Below are positions 46,359 through 56,405 of a stretch of DNA of 64,000 nucleotides, one piece after another; within the stretch, counting starts at the first letter, position 1; every line of letters starts with the position of its first letter. Position numbers and translations under genes: made by a program. This stretch comes from a bacterium (lineage in GTDB: Bacteria > Babelota > Babeliae > Babelales > JABGSX01). The stretch lies in the NCBI GenBank assembly GCA_018647505.1, contig JABGSX010000006.1, forward strand, positions 245 to 64,244, in the 5' to 3' direction. The notes beneath the pieces are model-generated. The model saw only the letters and a list, made by a program, of their open reading frames with translations. It was not told the DNA's origin and did not search any database.

Positions 46359-46444
46359 TGGTACCGAGGGCCGGACTCGAACCGGCACAGGCTTAGCCCG
46401 AGGGATTTTAAGTCCCTTGCGTCTACCAATTCCGCCACCCCGGC
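46359..46444 (-). tRNA. tRNA-Leu (anticodon UAA), long variable arm, CCA encoded
   Basis: Manual fold: acceptor GCCGGGG/CCTCGGT (two G-U pairs), anticodon stem AGGGA/TCCCT with loop CTTAAAA, variable stem-loop, T-arm GCCGG-TTCGAGT-CCGGC, discriminator A. Confidence 0.9.
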
Positions 46445-46483
46445 ACAAAATTTTACGAAGAATTTCAAATATTCTAAATATCT

Positions 46484-46557
46484 TGGAGGCGGCACCCGGA
46501 CTCGAACCGGGGATCAGGGTTTTGCAAACCCATGCCTTACCACTTGGCCATGCCGCC
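46484..46557 (-). tRNA. tRNA-Cys (anticodon GCA), CCA encoded
   Basis: Manual fold: acceptor GGCGGCA/TGCCGCC, anticodon loop TTGCAAA, T-arm CCCGG-TTCGAGT-CCGGG, discriminator U. Confidence 0.9.
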
Positions 46558-46578
46558 CAATATTACTTTAGTTGTAAT

Positions 46579-47106
46579 CTATTTTTGGACCTCTTGCAAC
46601 GTTTTTTTGTCGTAAACATACTTTTCAAGAAGCCCTTTAAGCTCCTGAGCGCTTATAACGGCCATACCATCCTGATGTTCCACTTCGTGTGGCTCGATCT
46701 TTTGCGAAAGAAACGCATTCTTGCATTTTCCATTACAGTGGAAATCTTTACCTTCGTTGCCAAGCTGGTGCCATTCTGCTATTCCGCCTTCATACACCGA
46801 AATATCTTTAAACCCTTTTCGTTTCAAAATCTTTGCCGCTTCAAGGCTAGACGTACACTCATAATTTGTACAATATAAAACAACTTTTCCATCTTTATTT
46901 AATTTTCTGGCCTTTATCTCAACCTTATCAAAGGGAATATTAACAGCCCCATTGATATGGCAATCAGAAAAAACATCTTTAAACGAAACATCTATTAATA
47001 AAAATTCGTCTTTCTTGTGCGAAGGCCCTCCACAAGAAGCAAATATTATCGCAAAAAAACCGGCAACAACATAAAACTTACAAATCTGCTTATACAAAGA
47101 TTTCAT
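46579..47106 (-). CDS. Rhodanese-domain lipoprotein (sulfurtransferase-like)
   Basis: 175 aa. Lipobox-like IFASCGG, rhodanese pattern LIDV...INGAVNIP...VVLYCTNYECTSS...GGIAEW. Confidence 0.75.
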   Translation of the reverse strand: MKSLYKQICKFYVVAGFFAIIFASCGGPSHKKDEFLLIDVSFKDVFSDCHINGAVNIPFDKVEIKARKLNKDGKVVLYCTNYECTSSLEAAKILKRKGFKDISVYEGGIAEWHQLGNEGKDFHCNGKCKNAFLSQKIEPHEVEHQDGMAVISAQELKGLLEKYVYDKKTLQEVQK

Positions 47107-47144
47107 AAAAACACCCCTAACGAGTAAATATGTTAAATTCTACG

Positions 47145-48032
47145 TCACCCTAGCCGCTGCATACACCGCCCCCATCTCATCCTTTTCCAAAAATCAATTG
47201 GGTGGCAAATTAAGTCGGTTATCCAAAATGATGCACTACCATCATGCGACCACAATCTAAAAATTATTTTTCCGTGAATATCTTTTTCCTTCAGAGGTCC
47301 CCAGACCCGAGAGTCATGGCTTCCAAGTCTATTATCACCAATGCAACAATACTCATCATTTTTTAATTTATAATCAAAAACATCTGGGAAACTACCATCT
47401 TCTCGTCGAGGATAAGGTGTACCAGGATAAACAAGGTTTAAAACTCCATTAGCCCTTAAACTTTGCTTAGCCCTTAAAACAGAGTACGAATCAAATCTAT
47501 AAAATGGCTGGTTTTCCAACGAAAATTTTGGATCATAAGTTTTGTGCTGGAACTTTCCATCCGAACCTATGTAGTAAATTAGCGGATACGGATTTATGTA
47601 AGATTCTTTTAATTTTTTGCCATTAAGATATATCTCTGGGTGGCCCTCATCATTAATAACACCCTTAATGTGGTCACCAGGAATTGCAATAACTCGTTTT
47701 GTCCAGTTTGCAGGCCCCCAAGGAAGCCACAAATACCGTTCTACAAGCTCAACACCTTTGTTTTTGGAATACTTATACGTTGGATCATTGAAAGAAATGA
47801 TCTCCCCCCTTTTTGGAGAAGAAAACCAGACGCTCAACTTATCAGCCAAAAATCTTTCCCCAATTAACATGGTTGGCTCCATGGAACCGCTAGGGACCTG
47901 ATACAACCCATACAAAAAGGTTCTAATAACAAACGCAATTGGTAAAATAACCAAAAACGCTTCTACATATTGGACTAAAACTGATTTATTCGGACGCCGA
48001 AACCACGCAATAATTTTTGGAAAAAACTCCAT
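47145..48032 (-). CDS. lepB: Signal peptidase I
   Basis: 295 aa. Catalytic Ser box PSGSMEPT and GDNRLGSHDSR box. Confidence 0.93.
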   Translation of the reverse strand: MEFFPKIIAWFRRPNKSVLVQYVEAFLVILPIAFVIRTFLYGLYQVPSGSMEPTMLIGERFLADKLSVWFSSPKRGEIISFNDPTYKYSKNKGVELVERYLWLPWGPANWTKRVIAIPGDHIKGVINDEGHPEIYLNGKKLKESYINPYPLIYYIGSDGKFQHKTYDPKFSLENQPFYRFDSYSVLRAKQSLRANGVLNLVYPGTPYPRREDGSFPDVFDYKLKNDEYCCIGDNRLGSHDSRVWGPLKEKDIHGKIIFRLWSHDGSASFWITDLICHPIDFWKRMRWGRCMQRLG

Positions 48033-48148
48033 CGAATCCCTTTAAAAAACTCTGAACATCTAACAAGCGATCTCTATTCTCAATTTACCTCTAAAGTTTA
48101 AAACATAAAAAAGCAATGAACAAATTAATTTCCAAAAATATTCACAAA

Positions 48149-49078
48149 TTATATCAAAAAAGCTAGAGGATTAACATGTCTACCATTAGAATACACCTCA
48201 AAATGAAGATGTGACGCATCCTTTCCTGATTTTCTAACCAACCCTGTATTACCAACTTTTCCTATCAGCTGTCCACGAGAAACACGCTGTCCTGTCTTTA
48301 CTTTGATATAGCTTAAATGTGCATATCGAGTTTTATACTTTTTGTTGTGCGTAACCACAATCGTCTTGCCATAACCAGAGTTGAAATTTGCCTCCGTCAC
48401 CACCCCAGATGCTACGGCCTTTACTGGCGTGCCAGAAAGCGCAGCCATATCAATACCGTAGTGATAACCCAACGTTCCATTTGCTTTTTTTCTACGCCCA
48501 AAAAGAGAACTAATCCAAAAAGAATCCAATTTAATCGGCCAAATTAAATCAATATCTTTTTTCCTAACCCGTTTTTTTCTCAAAAATCCTGCAAGTTGTT
48601 TTACCGAAAGACTGGTCGGCTTGCTCTTTTTTCTGGCTAAAACCTTCTTTACAGGCTTTTGTGATTTCTTTTCTGGCTCGTCACAAACCACAACAACACC
48701 CGTATCATCCAATGAAGTTATAGATTGGTCTGACCACTGCTGCAGATAAGAAATAGCAGAACTTTTTAAGTATTCGTCGTCCCGATTAACAACAATAAAC
48801 GGATAACACATTGAGCAATTTGACTCGTCACTCGAGTAAACTCTAACACCATCTGGAAATCCATTTTCACAGTTTACCGTCCCATTTTCAGAGCAACTAC
48901 ACTCGCTTTTGCACTTATCAAGAAATTCTTTAAAAATTTTACAATAACTTGAATACTGTTTTTTTAGTAAAAAAACATCGTTAAGCTGTTTCCTAAATTG
49001 ATAATACTCCACAATTAGCAACAAGCTAACAACAGCAATAACAATTAAAAAAATGATATTTATATACTTTCGTATCAT
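48149..49078 (-). CDS. M23-family (LytM-type) metallopeptidase
   Basis: 309 aa. N-terminal TM helix, HYGIDMA and HLHFEV zinc-ligand blocks. Confidence 0.9.
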   Translation of the reverse strand: MIRKYINIIFLIVIAVVSLLLIVEYYQFRKQLNDVFLLKKQYSSYCKIFKEFLDKCKSECSCSENGTVNCENGFPDGVRVYSSDESNCSMCYPFIVVNRDDEYLKSSAISYLQQWSDQSITSLDDTGVVVVCDEPEKKSQKPVKKVLARKKSKPTSLSVKQLAGFLRKKRVRKKDIDLIWPIKLDSFWISSLFGRRKKANGTLGYHYGIDMAALSGTPVKAVASGVVTEANFNSGYGKTIVVTHNKKYKTRYAHLSYIKVKTGQRVSRGQLIGKVGNTGLVRKSGKDASHLHFEVYSNGRHVNPLAFLI

Positions 49079-49091
49079 ACTCTACCGAACA

Positions 49092-49847
49092 TCACACAAT
49101 AATTATGTTTTTTTCTTCTATCCATCCACCAAGAGAATCATAATTTATTTTGTACCACCCTTTTTCCTGCTTTTTAATTTCTACGCAGTCAACTAAAGAA
49201 ACTTTTCCTCGGACAGCTCCTTTAGAATCTGTAATAGCATAAACGGATGTCTTATCATCACGAACAACAGCAACAACCATGTTTTGCAAAACGTATTTAC
49301 GATATAATAATGCACCAAAAAAAGAACACAACAAAACTAAGACAAAAAATAATACATTCTTTCTTCTTCTGCTAAAACAAAATACAGTTAAAATCAAACA
49401 AATCCATAAAACTAAAAATATAGCTTGCCACAGAAGCAAAGAATGCTCATACAAAACCAAATCTGTAAACTCAAGGCCTTTATTATACATAGACCTTTCA
49501 GTTGTTTTATTAAGAATCGTGTTAACAATATTTATATTGTTGTCGATCGATTTCAACAATAATTTATCTGCGCCATCTTTTGCTCTCATCCAATATACAA
49601 CAGCATGGGCATAATCATTTTTTTTAAAATGACAATTACCAATGTTATACAAAATCACCGGTCCTGCGTATTTTACCTGGGAATATGTACGAAGGGCCTC
49701 TTCCAAATCATTTTTTTCATACAAAAGATTACCACGCAAAAACAACTCTTCTGTCGTAAGACATTTGGTAAAAGGTGCAGAAAAAAATAATAAATGTGTT
49801 GCTAAAAAACACGCTGCTACAAAATATTTTCTAGTTCTTCTATCCAT
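49092..49847 (-). CDS. BatE-like TPR / SH3b-like membrane protein
   Basis: 251 aa. N-terminal TPR-like units, central TM helices, C-terminal ...GWYKINYDSLGGWIEEKNI (SH3b-like). Sits at the end of the bat-like cluster. Confidence 0.5.
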   Translation of the reverse strand: MDRRTRKYFVAACFLATHLLFFSAPFTKCLTTEELFLRGNLLYEKNDLEEALRTYSQVKYAGPVILYNIGNCHFKKNDYAHAVVYWMRAKDGADKLLLKSIDNNINIVNTILNKTTERSMYNKGLEFTDLVLYEHSLLLWQAIFLVLWICLILTVFCFSRRRKNVLFFVLVLLCSFFGALLYRKYVLQNMVVAVVRDDKTSVYAITDSKGAVRGKVSLVDCVEIKKQEKGWYKINYDSLGGWIEEKNIIIV

Positions 49848-51646
49848 TTATCAGCCATTTCGAATATTTTGTTATATTTACTTTGATCAACCTTTTCTCG
49901 GAAAAACACAAACCCTGCCAGTGTAGAATAAAAATCTCCCCATTCGTCTATTTTCTTTTTTTCCAATCCACAGACCAAAAACTTCTTGGCAATAATGTCT
50001 TCAGATAAAGCACCTTTGTCAATTCCAAGTTTATCCGAAATTAAAGTGTTGAAAATATCGTATAAAGCTAAGATGTTATTTTTTTTCTGTTCGGACAACA
50101 ATTTTTTACGCGCAAGTTTAAAAGCTTTTCTTTTTTTTCTTTCTGGTTCAACTATTTTTCGATAACACAAAAACACTCTGCCAAAAATCGGAACAAACAC
50201 AAAAATACCAGAACAAAAAGTTATAACAAAAAAAATCCACCAAGGAATTTTGTGTTGAGCCACAGGAAACCATGGACCATAGTTTCTTATCGGACAGACT
50301 TTACTATCATTCCTATCAACAGTTTGGGGCAAATCTTTGCTATCAGGGTTCTTTTCTTTTACAGGAACGCTAGCCAGGGCCTCTATCGTTAACATAATTG
50401 GATTTGTTTTTATCTTTTTATAAGACTTTGATCCTGTATCAAAATACAAAAAACTTTGCCGCGGAATTTCCCAGGTTCCAGGTTTTACCCCTTGCACAAC
50501 ATATGAAAACTTTTTTGCTCTGTCGGTAAGGCTGTTAGATAAATTTACAATATCATGAGAAGATTCGTACGCCTTTAATGTACTTGGCAAGCGTAATTTT
50601 GGATATTCAAGCATTTCAAAATTTCCCTCACCCTCAAGCGTAAGCGACAAAATTATTCCCTCCCCCTCTTGCACCTTTTTCCTATCAACATCAGCAGAAA
50701 AAGAACGGAAATGTCCAATAGCCTTGATTTCATTTTTATTGTTTGGCAATAAACTAGAATTAATTTTTATTGCATTAGAATACGCATGTTTCTTTAAAGC
50801 GTAAGAATGAGAAAGTCCAACAAAGCCCCATAGACCCCGAGACCTATCATCACGTTCCTCCACTGCATACTGAATTGTTATAGCAGGAATAACAATTTCC
50901 CCGAATTCTTTTGGAAATATCAAGGATCGCCATTCAAAATACTCCCTTACTTCGTCCCCTCTCTTTTCCCTCCTCTTAAAAGGTCCTTCCAATTTTGTTG
51001 CAGAAAATTTTTGAAAATCCGGTTCTGATATACCATCTATTTTCGCACCACCAAAATAATAAGCCTTAATTTTAAACAAGGCCTGTTCTCCAACAAACAA
51101 ATTTCCCTTGTCCACACTAGCTTCAACAATAACCCCTCTTTTCTTTTTTTCATCTTTTACATTTTCTGTAGAGGATTGCAAGCTAACTTCAATATCCACC
51201 TGGTCTGATCTATAAGAATCCCCGTCAACGTCTAATAGTGCCGGACCCAATATATATTTTCCAGGCTTTGCAGCCTTGATTGTATATTGAAAAATTCTTT
51301 TCTTGGATACAACACCGTTAGTTATTGTTGCCCTGGTCATTGACAGGCTATTGATTCGTGAAAATTTTTCTAATCCGTCAACCTCAGGGGCACCAATTGA
51401 ATCCGGTGCATTATCAACAACAACCTCCAACAAAAAGGGAATTCCAACCCCAACCGTTTTTATTTCGCCACCAGAGTCCCGCCCCTTTACATGCAAAGAG
51501 ACACTCACCTGCGAAAAAACTTTACCAAAAAAGCACAAAGACAATAAAACTAAAATTACTTTTTTACCAATTTTTCTTTCCATGCTGAGCAGACATTTCA
51601 TTTTTAATTTTTGCTTTAACCATTTGCTTATAATACTGAGCATCAC
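49817..51646 (-). CDS. BatD-like protein
   Basis: 609 aa ORF. The probable start is internal (MERKIGKKVILVLLSLCFF...). Signal peptide, long beta-rich ectodomain, C-terminal TM helices. Position after batC. Confidence 0.6.
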   Translation of the reverse strand: MMLSIISKWLKQKLKMKCLLSMERKIGKKVILVLLSLCFFGKVFSQVSVSLHVKGRDSGGEIKTVGVGIPFLLEVVVDNAPDSIGAPEVDGLEKFSRINSLSMTRATITNGVVSKKRIFQYTIKAAKPGKYILGPALLDVDGDSYRSDQVDIEVSLQSSTENVKDEKKKRGVIVEASVDKGNLFVGEQALFKIKAYYFGGAKIDGISEPDFQKFSATKLEGPFKRREKRGDEVREYFEWRSLIFPKEFGEIVIPAITIQYAVEERDDRSRGLWGFVGLSHSYALKKHAYSNAIKINSSLLPNNKNEIKAIGHFRSFSADVDRKKVQEGEGIILSLTLEGEGNFEMLEYPKLRLPSTLKAYESSHDIVNLSNSLTDRAKKFSYVVQGVKPGTWEIPRQSFLYFDTGSKSYKKIKTNPIMLTIEALASVPVKEKNPDSKDLPQTVDRNDSKVCPIRNYGPWFPVAQHKIPWWIFFVITFCSGIFVFVPIFGRVFLCYRKIVEPERKKRKAFKLARKKLLSEQKKNNILALYDIFNTLISDKLGIDKGALSEDIIAKKFLVCGLEKKKIDEWGDFYSTLAGFVFFREKVDQSKYNKIFEMADKWIEELENIL

Positions 51647-52682
51647 GCCCCTCTAAAATTTTTAATAACTTTACCATTTTCTTGTCTAATTTTTTATCCA
51701 GTTCCTGTTCGCTGTTTTTGTCATCCGATAACGCAGCAGCCTTATGATCTTGCAAATTTCCATCTTTTTTATTATTTTCTTCTTGTGCCCGTTTATCTAC
51801 GCTACTTTCTGAAGGAAGCTCTTGATGTTGTTCGCCGTTTTGTTCTTCTCCCTTATTTCCCTCTTGTGTTTGAGATTCTTGCTGAGCATCGCCTCTTTCT
51901 TCGTCAGACTTGTCATTGGCTCCATTTTTCTTCTTTTGTTCTTCGTTTTTATTCCTGTCTTGGTCCCTATTTTCTCCATCTTGTTTTTTGTTTTCCTGGC
52001 CCTGTCCTTGCTCCCCATTTTCGTCCTTGGGGGAGTTTTGTTCTTTTTGTTGAGAGCCTGACTTCTGCTCTTCTTCCTTTTTTTCTGTCTTTTTTGAGTT
52101 TTCCTCTTGTTGCTCTTTTTTTTCTTCTTTCTCTGAAGATTTATTCTGTTTTTTCTTCTGATTTTCTTTTTCTTCCTCTTTCTTTTCTTGCTTTTCCTTT
52201 TGTTCATCACTGTTGTTTTGGTTCTCCATCTCACGTTGCTTCTGCTCTCTAAGCTTCTTTTTTGCAACTTCAAGATTGTGCTTTGCCTTTTTATTATCTG
52301 AATTTATTTCCAAAACCTTTTCATACGCCCTGCATGCTGTTGCGTATTTTTCAAGCTGAAAGCTGGCATTCCCATAATTAAAGTTAGCCTCTTCAGTATT
52401 ACTAGATGAAAGCAGATTCAATGACCGAACCTTGTCAAAATAGAGTTCGGCTTTATCGTATTTTTTTTCTTTATAAAAGGTATCTCCACAATTAAACAGT
52501 AATTTGGCATCTTTAGGGTTATCAACCAACAAATCAGAAAACGCTTTTTCTGCCTCTTCGAACTTGCCCTCATTATATAAGCCTGCAGCCCGATACTCAT
52601 CAAACCAAGCCAGACAATCTAACGACGTACAACAAAAAACAAATAAAAAGGTTAAAACCGTCACAATTTTCATATAAGCCAT
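51564..52682 (-). CDS. BatC-like TPR protein with long K/E/Q/N low-complexity tail
   Basis: 372 aa. Signal peptide, two to three TPR units, then about 200 aa of charged low-complexity sequence. Confidence 0.55.
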   Translation of the reverse strand: MAYMKIVTVLTFLFVFCCTSLDCLAWFDEYRAAGLYNEGKFEEAEKAFSDLLVDNPKDAKLLFNCGDTFYKEKKYDKAELYFDKVRSLNLLSSSNTEEANFNYGNASFQLEKYATACRAYEKVLEINSDNKKAKHNLEVAKKKLREQKQREMENQNNSDEQKEKQEKKEEEKENQKKKQNKSSEKEEKKEQQEENSKKTEKKEEEQKSGSQQKEQNSPKDENGEQGQGQENKKQDGENRDQDRNKNEEQKKKNGANDKSDEERGDAQQESQTQEGNKGEEQNGEQHQELPSESSVDKRAQEENNKKDGNLQDHKAAALSDDKNSEQELDKKLDKKMVKLLKILEGRDAQYYKQMVKAKIKNEMSAQHGKKNW

Positions 52683-53665
52683 TCAAGCAAAAAGCACAAA
52701 AAACTGGCAAACGCAAAATAACAATACTGTTCTTCGGGACGAATAACATTTTTGTCTTCAAGGCGCTCTTTTTCAATTTTTTGCACCCTGTCCATTAATA
52801 ATATAATATCCGAATCATCTTGTGTTGAGCGAACAAAAATTCCCCCAGAATCGTGTGACAACGACTTTAAAAGCCCCACGTTTAATTTAGAAATAACAAC
52901 CTTTCCAAATTCATCTTTCTGGTGTCCATTCTCCTTTACCAGTGGAATGGGTGCCCCGCCTTCTGTTCCAACTCCAAAGGTAAATATTGTTGCCCCCTTG
53001 CTAAAAGCTAATTCTTTTATGCCCTTTAGGTTCGTAGAAAAATCCTCTCCGTCAGTAAACAAAGCTAGCAACTTATTTTTTCTATTTCCAATTTTTTCAA
53101 AAGACTCCAAGGCTTTTTTTATGGCTTGATCAATGGCCGTAGTACCCGTAGATATTGTTTCAACATCAACATCATCCAAGAACAAAAAGAACGCCCCATA
53201 ATCATTTGTTAATGGGCACTGAATAAATGCTGCCCCAGAAAAAAGAATAAGACCAACGCGCTCACAAGAAAGATTTTTTACAAGCTTTTTTATTTTTTTC
53301 TTAGCTGCCTCTAGCCTACTGGGCTTTTCATCCTCCGCAAGCATGCTTCTAGAAATATCCAACGCTATAAATAAATCCCTACCTTCTTGTTCAACCCTGT
53401 CCTGTTTTTTATCCCATTGTGGTCTTAAAAAAGCCACAGACAAAAACAAAAAACCTGCAAACAAAAAAATCATTTTAAAATAAATCCGCAATTTAGAAAA
53501 ATGCTTGAGCAACAATTTTGCCCATCTATTAGAAACAAGCATAGATGAACATAAAACACTTTTTTTTGTTTTATACACAATAAGAATACAAAACAAAACA
53601 GCAATAGGGATCAAGAAAAAAATGGACTCTAGGGCCCCAAACGAAAAATCTGTAAATAATATCAT
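52670..53665 (-). CDS. BatB-like von Willebrand factor A domain membrane protein
   Basis: 331 aa. N-terminal TM helices, MIDAS motif DISRSM, LFTDGED block. Confidence 0.8.
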   Translation of the reverse strand: MILFTDFSFGALESIFFLIPIAVLFCILIVYKTKKSVLCSSMLVSNRWAKLLLKHFSKLRIYFKMIFLFAGFLFLSVAFLRPQWDKKQDRVEQEGRDLFIALDISRSMLAEDEKPSRLEAAKKKIKKLVKNLSCERVGLILFSGAAFIQCPLTNDYGAFFLFLDDVDVETISTGTTAIDQAIKKALESFEKIGNRKNKLLALFTDGEDFSTNLKGIKELAFSKGATIFTFGVGTEGGAPIPLVKENGHQKDEFGKVVISKLNVGLLKSLSHDSGGIFVRSTQDDSDIILLMDRVQKIEKERLEDKNVIRPEEQYCYFAFASFLCFLLEWLI

Positions 53666-54654
53666 AATCTAAACCAAACAAATGACCGAGCAACAGTCTC
53701 TAACAAAATAAGAATTAGTACCAACCACAAAATATGCTCAAAATAATCTTGATAACGAGAAAAAACAACCGTTTCATACTCGCTTGTTTCCAATCTATCA
53801 ATTGTACTATAAATCATTTTCATTTGATGTGGATTTTGTGCTTCGAAAAATTTTCCGCCCGTTTCTTTTGCAATACGTTCCAACAAAGGCTTGTTCAACT
53901 CACCACCAACACGCCTGAATCCGAAAAACGGGTCTTGTGCAATGCCACCTCTTATATCTCCAACTCCTATTGTATATATCTTTATTCCCAAATCCTTTGC
54001 TATTTTTATTGGGACGTCAGGATTGATATCATTTTCTGTTGGAGCACCGTCAGTTAATAAAATAATAACCTTACTTTTTGCCTTGGAATTTTTTAGTCTA
54101 TTGATTGCTGTTGCCATGCCAATAGCTACAACTGTGCCCTCGTACGGAACAACTCCTAGTTCAATTTCAGATATAATTTCAGACAAAATATTTTTATCCA
54201 AAGTCAAAGGGCACCTAGAAACAGCAACGTTACCAAAAATAACAAGACCGATCTGATCGCTTTCCCTTCTTTTGACAAAATTTAAGGCCTCTTTTTTTGC
54301 AACATCAATTCTCCGCTGAGGATCATCTTCGTCATCAATCAAACTCATGCTTCCAGAAACATCAATGGCCAATACAATGTCTCGACCCTCAACATAGACC
54401 TTTGATGTGTTGTCTGCTATCTGCAATTTTCCGGCCAACATAGCCAACAAAAACAAACAAATCATGCGAATTGTGAACAAAACAGGCTTACCAATAGAGT
54501 AACCCTTAGCTCCCGATCGCTTTAACACAGAGCCCAATGGATACATATATGTTGGTTCTTTTTTTACGTAAAGACGATACACGGTACCAACAAATAGCAG
54601 GACCAGGCAAATTAAAAAAATATAAATGTGAGCAAAATGTAAAGTTGTTCCCAT
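53662..54654 (-). CDS. BatA-like von Willebrand factor A domain membrane protein
   Basis: MIDAS motif DVSGSM and LLTDGAPT block. Start set at ATG 54654 (MGTTLHFAHIY...) instead of the ORF-track TTG at 54714. Confidence 0.8.
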   Translation of the reverse strand: MGTTLHFAHIYIFLICLVLLFVGTVYRLYVKKEPTYMYPLGSVLKRSGAKGYSIGKPVLFTIRMICLFLLAMLAGKLQIADNTSKVYVEGRDIVLAIDVSGSMSLIDDEDDPQRRIDVAKKEALNFVKRRESDQIGLVIFGNVAVSRCPLTLDKNILSEIISEIELGVVPYEGTVVAIGMATAINRLKNSKAKSKVIILLTDGAPTENDINPDVPIKIAKDLGIKIYTIGVGDIRGGIAQDPFFGFRRVGGELNKPLLERIAKETGGKFFEAQNPHQMKMIYSTIDRLETSEYETVVFSRYQDYFEHILWLVLILILLETVARSFVWFRL

Positions 54655-54730
54655 AACAATTAGATGTTTTTCTAAATACAAATCATATTTAACAATATAG
54701 TAGTGTAAATACAAATCGTGAAATTACATA

Positions 54731-55480
54731 TTATTTCTTGCTTGTTCCCTGCTGAGCAAACCAACCGTAAACACGCTTTGTAAACTCATCGTATGATTCA
54801 TTACTTTTACATACGAAAGCCGGTCCAATTGTAACATAAATAGTCTCATCTTTTAAGAAAATACTCCCAGGAGGATAAACCTTATAAGCATTGTTTATCA
54901 TCACGGGAACAACTGGGCATCCAATTCTTTTTGCTATCACCGCAAAACCCTTAAAAAAAGGATGCAGCTTTCCATCCGTATAACGACCACCCTCAGGGAA
55001 CATTGCTCCACTTAATTTATATTTCTTCATCAATGAAATTCCACGAAGCAAAGCCTTTGAAGATTTATACTTACACCTGTAGTCAACCAATGCAGACATT
55101 CTTCTCATCCATAGCCCCATAATAAAATTTTTACCGAGCTCATACTTTGCAAACCAAACGTGAGGAAAAGAGCCAATAATCTTTCCCATAATAATAATGT
55201 CTAACGTTGACTGATGATTAGATACAAATAAGATCTGTTGATTAAATTTCTGTCTGTCCCCTTTTATTTTTATACGAACAAAAGTAGAAAATAAAATTAG
55301 ATTATAAAAAACACTTAGAAGCGAAAAAATGCATCTACTTCTAAACCGATATCTTCTAGGAAGTAAACTTAATAACAAAATCGGTGGCCATAAAAATAGA
55401 AATAATGATCCAATTAAACCGTAGGAGAACAACGACTTAAAAATACTAATCACCTTTTTTAACATAACAAAAAACCTCAT
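54731..55480 (-). CDS. plsC: 1-acyl-sn-glycerol-3-phosphate acyltransferase
   Basis: 249 aa. HX4D motif NHQSTLD and the FPEGGR block. Confidence 0.9.
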   Translation of the reverse strand: MRFFVMLKKVISIFKSLFSYGLIGSLFLFLWPPILLLSLLPRRYRFRSRCIFSLLSVFYNLILFSTFVRIKIKGDRQKFNQQILFVSNHQSTLDIIIMGKIIGSFPHVWFAKYELGKNFIMGLWMRRMSALVDYRCKYKSSKALLRGISLMKKYKLSGAMFPEGGRYTDGKLHPFFKGFAVIAKRIGCPVVPVMINNAYKVYPPGSIFLKDETIYVTIGPAFVCKSNESYDEFTKRVYGWFAQQGTSKK

Positions 55481-55491
55481 TTACTCGTGTA

Positions 55492-56187
55492 TTAAATTTT
55501 CAAAAAAACGTTCCTATAATTATAAAATTCTGTGTAAGAATCATGCACATTTTTAATATACAAGTTTACCATAAAAGAAACCTGAAGGGGTAAAAGAAGT
55601 AAAGCATAACCATAAATAAAACCGATATCCATACCGTAAGACAAAATAAAGTAATTTAAAAAAGCTCTATCTATAGCACCAAACACGAGTGAATACAACA
55701 AGCAAACCGGTAAAGCAAACAAAAACAAAATTATTGTCCTTATAAAGACTCTTGCCGCTGGAAGAATTTCACCAGAATCTATCCAGAAAAAAATAAAAAA
55801 TGCAAAAAGAGGAGATGAAACAATAAAAGCCTTTGATATTTTTAAAAGAAAAAACATACACAATACAAAAACCAGTAAATGCCAAAGATATTTTTTATAG
55901 TAAGAAAACGTTTTTTTATCTACAGACGGTCTGGTAGTAATAAATATCAAAAATGTAATGCATGAAAATAAGGTATTCAAAAACATATTACGATGAGAAA
56001 AATAAAAAAAAGAAAAAGCACAAAAAGCTAAAAAAAGCCACCAAAAACGACTGAAAATAACAATGTAAACTCTAACAACAGACTTAAGCGTCACCAACAA
56101 AAAAAGTTTTAAATTTTTTGGCAACAAAATAGCGCAAGATCGAGCCCAAGCACCTAAAAAAGTCTTAAATAGTTTTACAATACTCAT
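55492..56187 (-). CDS. Hypothetical polytopic membrane protein
   Basis: 231 aa. At least five hydrophobic helices. No motif recognised. Confidence 0.55.
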   Translation of the reverse strand: MSIVKLFKTFLGAWARSCAILLPKNLKLFLLVTLKSVVRVYIVIFSRFWWLFLAFCAFSFFYFSHRNMFLNTLFSCITFLIFITTRPSVDKKTFSYYKKYLWHLLVFVLCMFFLLKISKAFIVSSPLFAFFIFFWIDSGEILPAARVFIRTIILFLFALPVCLLYSLVFGAIDRAFLNYFILSYGMDIGFIYGYALLLLPLQVSFMVNLYIKNVHDSYTEFYNYRNVFLKI

Positions 56188-56405
56188 AATTTTACCTTTT
56201 TTAAAAATTACATTACCTTAGATTCATTATACTTATAGTTATAATGTAATATAAAAAAAATGACCATAGAAAATGCCAAAAAAGCAAAGAACAAACAGTA
56301 CGATAAAAAAATAAAACTGAAAACAAATTTGACATTTAGAAAATAATGCTTTTATTATAAAAATTATTGATGGAACAAAAAAGAGGTTATTAAACGGTAA
56401 AAATT

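Noticed and set aside
46232-46878. ORFs of 87 aa (minus strand) and 153 aa (plus strand) across 46232-46878
   Set aside because: They overlap tRNA-Leu and tRNA-Cys and run antisense to the rhodanese gene. The tRNA cloverleaves and the rhodanese motifs explain the region.
51785-52273. Several 60-160-aa ORFs in other frames and strands over the BatC-like low-complexity region
   Set aside because: They are artefacts of the purine-rich GAA/AAA/CAA repeat-like coding sequence. Their products are homopolymer-like (K/R-rich or L/F-rich).
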